Shown in pieces: positions 52,691-64,000 of a stretch of 64,000 bases of DNA. This stretch comes from the human T2T-CHM13v2.0 reference genome, Homo sapiens: assembly GCF_009914755.1 (NCBI RefSeq), contig NC_060925.1. One strand, given 5' to 3'. Under the pieces are notes generated by a model. It was given only the letters and a program-made list of their open reading frames with translations. It was not told where the DNA came from and ran no database searches. Both the position numbers and the translations under genes were made by a program. How positions within the stretch are numbered: position 1 is the stretch's first letter; each line of letters starts with the position of its first letter.

Positions 52691-54978
52691 ACCTGTCTTC
52701 CTGTGCTTGTTGTCCTCAACCACCTAGTTTTGGCTATGAAGCTTGATATCTCCCCATAATAAACTTCAACTGAGACCCCTCTCAAGCTTCGTACATTCTG
52801 TAGAGTCTTTGCACTTGTTCTGTCCTCTGCCCAGGATGCTATTCTTCTCCCACCACACAAACCTCCACATTATTCACGCCCTCATCTCATCCAAGCTTTC
52901 TTTTCTCAGTGAGGCTTTCCCTGACAGACAGCCTTAGTTAAAGTTACACTCCCATCATATTCCTTATTTCCCTTTCCTGCTTTATTTTCTCTTGAGCACT
53001 TGTCATTCTCTAACACTTCGTATTTTTTTTTGTCATTCTCTCTACCCCATCTCTACCTGCATTAAAATGTATATTCTATAGGGAAAGGATTCTTATTCTT
53101 TTGTATTTTTTTGATCTGGACCTCTGTAACCTAGATGAGAACAATTCTAGGAACACAGTAGGAATTCCATAAATATTTCTTGGACAAAGTTGTAAATTGC
53201 TATGACTACTCTCATTGAAAAGTTGCTTTGGAAAACTACAAAGCACAAGCTAAATGTAAGGTACTATTATTTTAATCCATATTATGCAAAAGAGGAAAAT
53301 GAGACCCAGGGAGGTAAAGGAAACTTTCTAAGGTTGAACAAGAAGTCAGGATCAGAGCTGGGTCACACATCCATCTCTCCTGGCACTGTATCTTCATGCC
53401 ACTCCCACCTCTGTGGTCCTCTCCCTGTATCCCAGGAAGTATTCATTTTCTCCAGCAGTCTGGGAGCTCCTCCAGGACAGGGACTGAGGTGGCAGGGGGC
53501 TTCAGAATAGGACTGAGTATCTGGGTCGAACGTCACTTGATTCGTTTCTCTATCTCAGACCCACATTCCGCTCCCTTGTGTTAAAATTGTACCCCTCCCC
53601 CACCTCTGTGTTTCTCTAGTTGGGGGTAGTGGGGCTTGGATTCCAAAGAGTTATGTTCTGAGTTCCCTGAGGCCCAAGACAGATGAGGACATACATCAGA
53701 AGGGCCGAGTTGGGAAGGCACAATGTGACAGGCACTGAGGCAGGTGGGGACAGTGGACAGAGAACTGGATTGGGAGTGAGGAGGCCCCGTCCTGCCTTGT
53801 GCTTGCCATGGTTCTCTGGGTAAGCCCCAGAGTTCCTTCTGGACCCCACTTTCCCCCACCATAAATGACTGCAACCAATTAGGGGATTTCTAAGGTTCTG
53901 ATGCTCTGTGCCTCAACGATCTAGTTACTCCCTCTTTAGAGAAGTCAAAGGATGAAAGAGGAGAGGACCCAGCCACTGGCTCTTCCTGAGAGTCCAGGCT
54001 GAACAAGGAGTCAGGTTCGGCTAAACTCTGCTTGTCTGCCTTGTCTGCTCTTTAGCCTAGCGGTTCTCAAAGTATGAGACCAGGAGGGTCAGCATCACCT
54101 GGGGATTTGGTAGAAATGGGAATTTTCGGGTCTACCCTCAACCCACTGAGTCAGAAACACCGTGAGTGGGTCCAGCAGTCTTTGTCTTACCAGGCCCTCC
54201 AGGTGATTCTGATCATACTTGTCTGGGAGCCACTGCTTCTGGGAAGCCCTTTCAGTGCCCTCTGCTCCTCTGGCTCTTCCAGGTCTCCCCCTAGGCAGAA
54301 TTACTCCATGGGGGACCATAGCACCAACTTCCAATGAAGGGCCAGCGGCCATATGAGATGCTCTCCCAGGGGCATTTTATCAGTGGGGCCAAAGCCTTTA
54401 TACCTGCAGGGGCATTCATGGTAGGCTCTGGAGTAGGGAAGATGGGAGGGACTGGAAAGGGGAGGGAGAAAGTTGGCCTTTTCTGATGCCCATGGATTCT
54501 AGTATCTGCCCTGCCTCCAGGACCTGCCAGGCCCTCTACTTTTACTTCCTTTGGGTCCTGCACAGACAGTTCAGTCCTACCAGACACCTGATCATTTACA
54601 CTCACCTCTCCTGTGGCCTGAGTTTCTTCCTGTGGATGGTGAGCCTCTCCAGGGTTCTTGGCCATATTCCCCACTGCCAAGAGGTGGGCCCTTTGGTGAG
54701 TCTTTCACCTCAGGGAGCCTCAGTACCCCATCCTCTCCTCTGCTATTGCTCCTCACTGGGTGTCAGAAAGGCACTGATGAGATTACAAATGTATTGTACG
54801 TGCAAGTCACTTATCTTGCAGCTCTTAACATGCTTTGGCTACCTAGGTGTGCAACCATATTGTCCAAGGAAAGGATTGGACCCAGAGCCCGACTGTGGGG
54901 CAAAGTATCCTGGGCCTCCAAGGACTCCTGGCCTCTGAACATGTGCCAGTTGCCCCGATTTCATTTTGTTATGCTCAC

Positions 54979-55109
54979 CCTAGGGAGCCTCAGGAGGCTG
55001 ATCTCCACATAGGAAGGGTGGTGGCTGTCAATCTCACTAGTCTGCAGGTTAGCAATGTCCCGTGTGGGAAGGGCCTGGGGAGCAGCCGCTGAGCATGAGC
55101 ATGGCACCA
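54979..55109 (-). pseudogene. SLAM-like gene C penultimate cytoplasmic exon with YxxI motif
   Basis: CTCTCCTGCCAG| acceptor, AGG|GTGAGC donor, 131 nt, phase 1-0, open. Reads VPCSCSAAAPQALPTRDIANLQTSEIDSHHPSYVEISLLRLPR and splices in frame to the ITSM exon at 52618. Confidence 0.7.
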
Positions 55110-55441
55110 CTGGCAGGAGAGTGGATCCACCTGCATGCAGCAGATGCTCACCTAGGGCATGTGGAAGTGAGGTGACACCTTATCAGGCCCATGTAAGGGC
55201 ACCATAGCTTTCTGCTCAGTCCCTAACACCTGCCACCCTTTACTTCTGGTCATTCACACACCTCCTACTCTCAGCATTGCTCCCCAGCCTTCTGCCAGGG
55301 CTGATTCACAGGAGAGGTCAGTGAGCCTCTATCTGCCCACTGTCATCCTCAGTCTGCTCACTTTTTCTGGGGTCTCCTCCCTGCACTTCTTCCCCAGGAC
55401 CCCAAGCTGAGCACTCCCCTCAGGATCTCTCTAGCGCCCAC

Positions 55442-55500
55442 CTCTCTGTCTTCATCTTCCTTTTTCACATCCATGCTCCAGCCCCGAGGCTCATCATCTC
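55442..55500 (-). pseudogene. SLAM-like gene C transmembrane exon remnant (3' part)
   Basis: MMSLGAGAWM*KRKMKTE|GTGGGC resembles gene A LGAGLYLWKKR...ETG; TGA at 55467-55465; the 5' hydrophobic half is not recognisable. Confidence 0.55.
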
Positions 55501-56199
55501 ATGGCTCAGAGGAATTGTCGGACTACACAGATGCTCCAGGCTGAGTCCAACCCATGAAGTTGGGAGGCTCACTGCTGGCGTGACAGGAGAGTGTGTTCTT
55601 TCAGTGCATGCAGTTGGTACCATGTGGGCTCCAGGAGTGGAGGCTGCCATAGCTCTTATCACAGCTGGCTTGCTGATGCTTAAGAGGCCCTCACAGGGTC
55701 TCTTGACTACTGAGGGTAAATGGACTGATGGGTAAGCAATTGAAAAATAAACACAGCTAAGGGGCATCAGTAACAGGAAGAAATGGAAACCCAGCAGAAC
55801 ACCTAGAGCACTGTGCCTAGAGTAACAATGCTAAACATTTACAATACTTAGGAATCACCTGGGATCTTGCTAAAATGCATATTTTGATGCAATAGGTCTG
55901 GGTGAGGCATGAGAATCTGCACTGCTAATAAGCTACTAAAGGAGGCTAATGCTGCTGGTTCTTGGACCACATTTTCAGTAGCAAGAACCTAGTGAAACCT
56001 GACTAAATCATAATTTTCAACCCTGGATGCACTTTAGCAGTACCACAAGAGCTGTTTAAAAACTCCAATACCTAAGGCCCAACAGAGACACAATCAAATC
56101 AGAATTTCTGGGGTGGGACTAGACAGTGTATCTTTAATAAGCTTCTAAGGGATAAAGCCTGGGTTGAAACATACTCAACTTTTTTAGTACCTCTATTGT

Positions 56200-56706
56200 A
56201 TTTATTTTAATTAAGATACAGTTAACAAATAAAAATTGAATATATTTACAGTGTGCAACATGATGTTTTCATATACATATACATTGTGAAAATGCTTAAC
56301 TCAAGTTAATTAACATACTCATCACTTCATACACTTATTATGCTCTGTTGTGAGAATGTTTAAGATCTATTCTCCTTATTCTCAAGTATACAATACATTA
56401 TTATAAACTATAGGCATCATGTTGTACAATAGATCTCCTGAACTTACTCATCCTAAGTGATTTTTTATACCTTTTGACCAGTATTCCCTATATCCCCACC
56501 CCAACCCCCAGCCCCTGGCAATGACCCGTCTACTCTCAATTTTTATGAGTTTGACTTTTTTAGATTCCTTCCACATATTTATTTATCTTTCTCTGCTTGG
56601 CTTATTTCAATAACATAATGTTCTCCAGTTTCATCCACGTTGTCAATTAAGACAGGAATTATTTGTGTTTTAAGGCTGAATAGCTTTCCACTGTGTGTAC
56701 ATACAT

Positions 56707-56742
<36 letters not shown>

Positions 56743-58915
56743 CTCACATTTTATTTGTCCATTCATCTACTGATGAATACTTAGGTTGATTCCATATCTT
56801 GGTTATTGTGAATAATGCTCCATTGAACATGAGAGGGCAAATATCTCTTTGACATACTGATTTCAGTTCCTTTAGATATATACCAGAAGTGGGATTGCTG
56901 GAACATATAGAGTTTTGTTTATAATTTTTTGAGGAACCTCCATACTGTTTTCCATAATGGCTGTACTAATTTAAATTATCAGCAAGAGTGTACAAGTGTT
57001 CTTTTTTCTCCACATCCTCACCAATACTTGTTATCTTTCATTTTTTTATAGTAGCCGTTCTAACAGGTGTTAGATGGCAGCTCATTGTGGCTGTAATTTG
57101 CATTTCCCTGATAATTAATGATGTTGAGCATTTTTGATATACCTGTTGGTCATTTGTGTATCTTCTTTTGAGAATTGTCTATTCAGATCCTTTGTCCATT
57201 TTAAAATTGAATTATTTGTTTTCTTGCTATTGCGTTTGTTATATATTTTGGATATTAACCCCAATCGAATGTATGATTTGCAAATATTTTCTCCCATTCT
57301 GTAAGTTGTCTCTTCACTGTGCTAATTGTTTTCTTGGTGGTGAAGAAACTTTTTAGCTTTATATAGTCCCATTTGTTCATTTTTGCTTTTGTTTTCTGTG
57401 CTTTTGGGCTCATATCCAAAAAAATCATTGCCAAGACCAATATTATAGACTTTTTGTCCTATAATTTCTTCTAGTAACTTTATAGTTTCAAGTCTTACAT
57501 TTTAAGTCTTTAATCCATTTTGAGTTGATTTTTGTACATGGTGTGAGATAAGAGTTCTATTCATTCTTCTGCAGGTAGATATCAAGTTTTCCCAAAACCA
57601 TTTATTGAAAATACTGCTCTCTCCCCAGTGTGTGTTCTTGGCACTGATATCAAAAATCACTGTAAATGCATGGACTTACTTCTGGCCTCTCTGTTCTGTT
57701 CCATTGGTCTATGTGTCTGTTTTTGGCTAGTACCATGCTGTTTTGGTTACTACAGATTTGTAGTATATTTTGAGATCAAGTAGTATCATGTGTCCAGCTT
57801 TGTTCTTTTTGCTCAAGATTGCTTTGACTGTTCAGGGTTCTTTGTGATTCCATAAAAATGTTAGGATTGGTTTTTTTATTTCTGTGAAAAAGTCATTAGA
57901 ATTTTGATATAGATTGCATTAAATCTGTAGATAATTTTCTGTAGTATAAACATTTTAACAATATGAATTCTTCCAATCCATAAACACTGATACCTTTCAA
58001 TTTACTTGTGTCTTCAATTTTTTCATTAGTTTTATAAATTTTAGTGTAGTTTTCTAACCTCCTTAAGTTTATTCCTAAGAATTTTATGTCTTTTTGGAGT
58101 GATCATAAATAAGATTGTTTTCATAATTTCTTTTTTGGATAGTTTGTTATTAGTGTATGGAAGCATACACTAATATGTTGATTTTATATCTTGCAACTTT
58201 ACTGAATTTTTTTTATTAGTTCTAGGAATTCTTTGTGGAATCTTTAGGGACTTCTATGTATAAGATCATGTCATCTGCAAACAGAGACAATTTTACTTCT
58301 TTCTTTCAATTTGGATATCTTTTATTTATTTTTCTTCTCTAAATTCTCTGGCTAGGACTTCCAGAACTATATTAAATAGATGCGAGAGTGGAAATCCTTT
58401 CTTTTGTTTCTAACTTTAGAGGAAAGCTCTCAGCTTTATATCACTAAGTATGATATTAGCTGTGGGATTGTAATACATAGTCTTTATTATGTTGAGGCAC
58501 ATTCCTTGTATACTTAATTTGTTGAGAGGTTTCTTTTTTAATCATGAAAATATGTTGAATTTTGTCCAGTGCTTTTTCTACATCTATCGAGATGATCATA
58601 TAATTTTTGTCCTTCATTCTGCTAATGGGGTGTGTCATGTTTATAGATTCACATATATTGAAACAGCCTTGTATCTCAGGGATAAATCACAATTGATTGT
58701 GGGGTATGATCCTTTTAATGTTGTGTTGTATTCAATGTGCTAGTATTTCTAGATTTCTTTGCATCTATCTTTATCAGTTATATTGGCCCATAATTTTCTT
58801 TTCTTGTAGTGTCTTTTTCTGGCTTCGAGCGGAGCTGGACTTCTAAAATGAGTTTTTGAAGGGTTCCCTCCTCTTCAATCTTTTAGAAGAGTTTGGGAAG
58901 GATTCTTTCAACATC
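56200..58915 (-). mobile_element. L1MA-type element (3'UTR plus part of ORF2), with (CA)n at ~56710-56740
   Basis: ORF2 remnants (KMNKWDYIKLKSF..., [21 protein letters not shown]). Confidence 0.9.
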
Positions 58916-60120
58916 CCCAATATACATCTTGCATACAGCAAAACCAGTTCTAAGGTGGTGACAATTACTGCTCTAGGTAAGCAATGTTGGCTGGTTAACT
59001 GAGAAGCTTTCTTGAGCTGAGAAGATGAAAAGGACTTGGTAAGAAGGAAAGAGAGGAATAAGCATGTGTTGAGCATCTGCTGTATGCAAGATCTATATTG
59101 GAGATGTTCCATGTATGATCTTAGTTCAATCTCATACGCCATATGGTACCTGTGAGGCTGGGAAGGACAGTGAGGCAGGAAGGGCCAAGACAATGGGAAC
59201 CTCTACTCAGCACCAGGTCCTGGGACCTGGGTTGGGAATCTGGCTTTATACATAGTCTTCTTAACTAGGTGACATTACCCTCCTTTAGCATCTAAGAAAA
59301 CCAAGGCTCAGAGACTTCTCCTGACCAGTGTCTCTTTGCACTAGGCACAGCCCACTTGGAGGGGAAGTACAGCCTCTCTACTCCAGTTGCTTGTCTCATG
59401 TCTTCCTTAAGCTAATCTGCCTTCCTCAGCCTCTTTGGAATTTTGGTGAATAAAACTTTCTCCATCTCATTACATCTTCTCAAAATAACATTTGTAACTC
59501 CTTGCAAATGCTCTCATCCAAGGGTGAGAAAGGAGAAGTAAAGTACAATATATATTTGTGACACAGGACTCCTCTGTCCTTTGTAGTATCACACTCCCCA
59601 TCTTCTCTACTGGTGGAGACAAAACATTCCTCTGGGTACTTTCAATGAGCCTGTAATTCTATGGTCTTTTATGTCTCCTGGTTTCCTTTGGGGGCACCAG
59701 CTCACCAAATCTGGTTTTATCCCTGCAACCCAGCCAGGCAGGGGTCTCTCTTTATCATTAGGAGGTGCTAGGGGGTTCAAGCTGGGAAGTGTGTAACTAT
59801 TGTTTGACAAAAACATGTCTCATTTGAATTTAGAGCTGGGTTTCTGCCACATGTCTTCTTTAGAGTCAGGGACCACCGTGGTATCATACTCCTACTTTCT
59901 GGAAGAGAGCATCATTTATCAGGTGCCCTGCCTGCATTGGCCCCTCTTCCCAGGGTCTTTTCCTCTTATAAGAGGAGTAGAATAGTTTATCTACTCAGTT
60001 CTTTTACCTCTAAATCTAGAACTATTCTTCACTGTAACTCCCTTCTCATTTCCTGACTTTCATTTTTGAATTCCTTGGGTGGGAGTTGGCTCCAGGTGCC
60101 CTCTGCTACATGACACTCTT

Positions 60121-60832
60121 TGTAGTCACACAACAGGTTCTTCCTGCCCACCAAGACAAAACTAATTCACTGAAACCATGCTATTGCAGCAGAGACAGAG
60201 TTTTATTAATGTGAGGCAGGCCAGATGGGAGATGGAGTTATCACTCAAGTCAGTCTCTCTGAGGGCTTGGAGGTTAAGGTTTTTCAAGGATAGTTTGGTG
60301 GGTACGGGACTCAGGAATGAGTGCTACTGATTGGTTGGGGATGCAATCATAGGGGTGTGGAAAACCGTCCTCATGTGCTGAGCCCAGCTCTTGGTTCGGG
60401 GCCATAAGACCAGTTGAGTCATGAGTCCAGGTGGAGTCAGTCAGTTGCCAAAATGCAAAGTCTGAAAAATATCTCAAAAGAGCAATCTTAGGTTCTACAA
60501 TAGTGATGCCATCTATAGGAGTAATTGGAGAAGTTACAAATCTTGTGACCTCTGGAACAATGGCTGGTTGTTATTTAACTATGCCTATGTCTTAGCAGAA
60601 TTCAAGCCCCCAGCATAATCCTAATCTTTTGGCCTCTCATTAATTTTACAAAAGCAGTTTAGTTTTGGGAAGGGCTATTATCATCCTTGCTTTAAGGTTA
60701 AACTATAAACTAAATCCTTCCAAAATTAGCTTGGCCAATGCCTAGGAATGACCAAGGACAGCTTGAAAGCTAGAAGCAAGAAGGAGTCAACTATGTCAGA
60801 TTTCTCTTACTAATTTTGCAAAGATGGTTTTA
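60121..60832 (-). mobile_element. LTR8-family ERV1 solo LTR
   Basis: Minus strand begins TAAAACCATCTTTGCAAAATTA...GACTCCTTCTTGCTTCTAGC...TTTAGTTTATAGTTTAACCTTAAAGCAAGGATGATAATAGCCCTTCCC and ends ACA; TCTT/CCTT flanks. Confidence 0.8.
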
Positions 60833-62099
60833 CCTTTCTTTCCTTAAATGGTTTGTTTCTTGCCTGAATCAAGCATGTGGGAATTTCTGACTCCCAGGAT
60901 TGAGGCAGTGCATTGTTTTATCTAAATCCATTCCACATATACTAGGACTGCTGGGTACTAAAATCTGAGTGGTCACACCTGTGATAACTCCTTGACCCCC
61001 ACTAAGCATGCATGAAGATTAGTAGACAATGTGTATGACAATACCTCTTACGCATGTGGTCTGGGCTTCTTCTCTGGCTAGAGGTGGAAGTTCTTTATTT
61101 CCTCACCTGAAGAACATTGCTTTGCAGAAATGTAACTGTAGGGGCTGAACATATATACATTGCCTTCAGATCCCTAAATCAGAACTGATGACTCCCATTC
61201 CAACCCAATCACTTGGTCTATTTGACAAATATTGTACCATCTCTTCATGCTTCTCAAATAGCTTCACCAAGACAGATAATTTAGAGACCCCTCTTGTGTA
61301 GTTCAGGCTTCTTTATAAAACTTCATTATCGATTCTTCTGTAATGCTATGGTCTAGCTAGCAAGCCCCTTGTCCCCTGTGGCATCTCACTGAATACATCT
61401 CTCTAATCTCAACACCTGTATAGAGGCCTTTTCTTCTTTTCGGTTGATGTGTGGTCAGAAACCCAGCATATGAGTCTCTCTGACTATGGACGTTACCAAA
61501 CACCTGTGAGACCCCTGCTAGGCATTGACTTCACAGAGAAGGAGGCATTTGTGGCTGTAAACCCAGATATGTTTTCTAATACTGGTCATTGTAGACACTT
61601 TCTTAGTTTACGTCACTTCGTCATTGGCACTGTGCTTCCTGCAAGCGTCTCTTGTTTGTGAACAAGTTTCCTTCAGCATAGCCCTATGACTTTCCTGGTA
61701 GTTGTTCCCCCAGCAGAAACAGTCCAGTGTTCAGGAAATTCTGTTCTATCAAGTAAAGCAAGTGGGAGGCCCAAGTAAGTGCAGTGTTGACCACAGACCT
61801 CCATTCCCCTTCCAGGAAAGTTTCCAGTTTCTCAAGAATTTGTGGTTCCATTGGGTAAACACCAATTTCCACCTTGCAGCTTCATGAATAATTTCTTAGA
61901 ATTTACTCATTCTGCTGTGATCACATGACAATATTTCAAAATCAGAGAACTTAACATAGTTTATTCAACATGTATTAGCTTGATTTATAATTTTTTTTAT
62001 ATGTAGACATATGATGGTGATTGCATCTCCATGTGTACCCTTTCCCGGGGTTCCACAAATGTTAGAGATGGTCTTGGCAGCAGGAGTAGGTGCACTGTT

Positions 62100-63400
62100 A
62101 TTGTAAGCTGCCTGCTTATGCAACTCATTTGTGTTTTCAAGTCCTGCTTGAGCCTGCTCTTATATATATGTAACTTCCACTTGATGATGAAATGCTGTTG
62201 GACATACCTGATTATAGGGGTGCATGAATTAGAAAATACTCAGTTGAGGGTGGCTCAGGTTGCATAGTCATTTGGTGTGTCTCATAGTCAGTGTATTAGT
62301 CTTTGCACTGCTATAAAGAAATACCTGAGACTGGGTAATTTATAAAGAAAAGAGTTTTACTTGGCTCAGGATTCTGCAGGCAGTACAGGAAACATAGTGG
62401 CTTTTGCTTCTGGGGAGGCCTCAGGAAACTTACAATCATGGCAGAAGGTGAAGGAGAAGCAGGGATGTCTTACATGGCAGGATCAGGGCCAAGGGGCAGG
62501 GGGAGGTGCTACACACTTTGAAACAACCAGATCTCACAAGCACTCAATCACCATCATGAGAACAGCACCGAGAAGATAGTGCTAAACCGTTTATGAGAAA
62601 TTTCTCCCATGATTCAATCATCTCTCTCCAGGCCCCACCTCTAACACTGGTAATTACAATTTGACATGAGATTTGGACAGGGACACAGATCCAAACCATA
62701 TCAGTCAGGTACAGCAAACCTAAAGCTATACCAGAAGAGAGTTATTTTCTTAAGATTATGTGGTTCTGCTTAACATTTAACGAACCTCTGTTAGTTTTTT
62801 ATTGTTGTTGTTATCTTAGTCTGCCATACCTTCAAGGAGCAATCAGACGGCTCCAGGTCACCTCAAGCACATTTAGGTCTGCAAGGCCATAAGGGCCAAT
62901 GGCAGAGATGCTTACATTGTAGCCCGAACGAGCAGGAGAATCTTCTCTTGCTTTGGGCCCATTCAAAGTTGATTGTCTTATAGCTAGTGAATGTGCTGAC
63001 ATAATACACCTAGTTGCGATGTATATTGTCTCCAAGTACAAGAAGACCTACGAAGTATGATGTCTCTTTCTTAATGACAGTGCATTCAAGGTGAAGCAAG
63101 ATTGCATTTATCTTTGAGGGAATGTGCTGATATTCTCCAAATGACTGGACTCCTAGAAACATTACTAAGGTGTCAGGCCCCCTAACTTTCATGAGATTTA
63201 TCTTGGTACTTTTGTGCCTCTAACGTATCTGCTATTGGCTTCTCACTACATCATCAGATCATCATAATGTAATCCCTATGGTAGATCAGCATGATGGCAA
63301 AGGGAATGGGATACAATGAAGCTGTCTGTTATATTTCTCCCTTCTGGGTATAATACCTTCATAATCTATTACCATTAGTATTTTCCAGATCTTTGCTAAA
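62100..63400 (-). mobile_element. ERV-L-class internal pol remnant
   Basis: ORF 63192-63010 (KVRGPDTLVMFLGVQ...IPSKINAILLHL...KKE...VGL) resembles ERV-L RT; QQHFIIKWK...AQAGLE near 62140-62200 resembles downstream ERV-L pol. Confidence 0.75.
62292..62703 (-). mobile_element. MSTA-like MaLR LTR inserted in the ERV-L remnant
   Basis: TGTATTAGTC...CCAAACCATATCA with a perfect GTCAG TSD (62287-62291, 62704-62708). Confidence 0.9.
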
Positions 63401-64000
63401 TAAATTAACAAAAACTGGCAAGTCTTTTGGTGTGAAAGCCTACTCCTCTGAAGTTTGACTATCTTATTGACCCAGGGGACATGCAGTGACCTAGTTATAG
63501 ACCTGGAGGAAAAAGGAGTAAGAGGGTTGAGGCATGAGGAAAATTGGTATCTTCTTTCAGGAAAGGAGGATCCTAGGTGAGTGAGGTTATTACAGACTGG
63601 TAAGGCAGAACTAGTTTTCCAGATGACAGTAGGGGCCATGTCTTCAGGTAAGGGAAGCCTTGATCCTCAGGGTCCTATTCTTTCTTAATCAATGTGCTGC
63701 CTTTTAACAGAAAAAAATTCAGAAGGCTGAGGATTCAACCTGCTTTGAAATCCAACAAGCCACAGGACCAGAATCTGTATCTAATTTTTGACTGTCCAGG
63801 CTTCCAGCCCCTGCAGCCTCCCCCTGGGAATTCTGGTGAGTGAAACTTTTCTACCTCACTGAGCACAGGAGAGTCAGAGATGGAGGGGAATAAGAACTGA
63901 ATAAGCGAAAACAAAAAATGTGCTTTTCAGTAATTTTTCTTAAGCCCACGTAAACCAGTTGAAACTATTCCAACATTTTCCATGAAATAAAGCACACATT

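Noticed and set aside
54486-55012. Plus-strand ORFs of 150 and 153 aa
   Set aside because: No recognisable domain or splice context; partly antisense to the gene C exon.

Overview
Primate (human-like) genomic DNA, rich in Alu, L1, L2, MIR, ERV LTR and MER repeats. I can support no intact protein-coding gene. The ORF track consists of chance ORFs and repeat-derived ORFs, plus fragments of the pseudo-exons described here. The main non-repeat content is a decayed cluster of unprocessed SLAM/CD2-family receptor genes, read by eye from splice-bounded exons. Gene A (+ strand) has a leader (13014-13085), IgV (17724-18116), IgC2 (19984-20277) and TM exon (21825-22012), with about one lesion per exon. 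Gene B (- strand) retains an IgC2 exon (39891-39595) and an ITSM exon (38554-38438, TVYEKI). Gene C (- strand) retains a TM remnant (~55500-55442), a Tyr-motif exon (55109-54979) and an ITSM exon (52618-52502, TVYDKI). Gene A is flanked by an old direct segmental duplication (~2960-10030 and ~25490-35190). Both copies keep a consensus CTCF site and share a ~640-bp apparently identical tract. Insertions private to one copy include a 28S-rRNA-derived retrocopy and a FLAM in copy 1, and an MLT1 and a MER52 LTR in copy 2; the 5' half of the MER52 is a CpG island. Repeat family names come from recalled consensus sequences and were not confirmed by a search.
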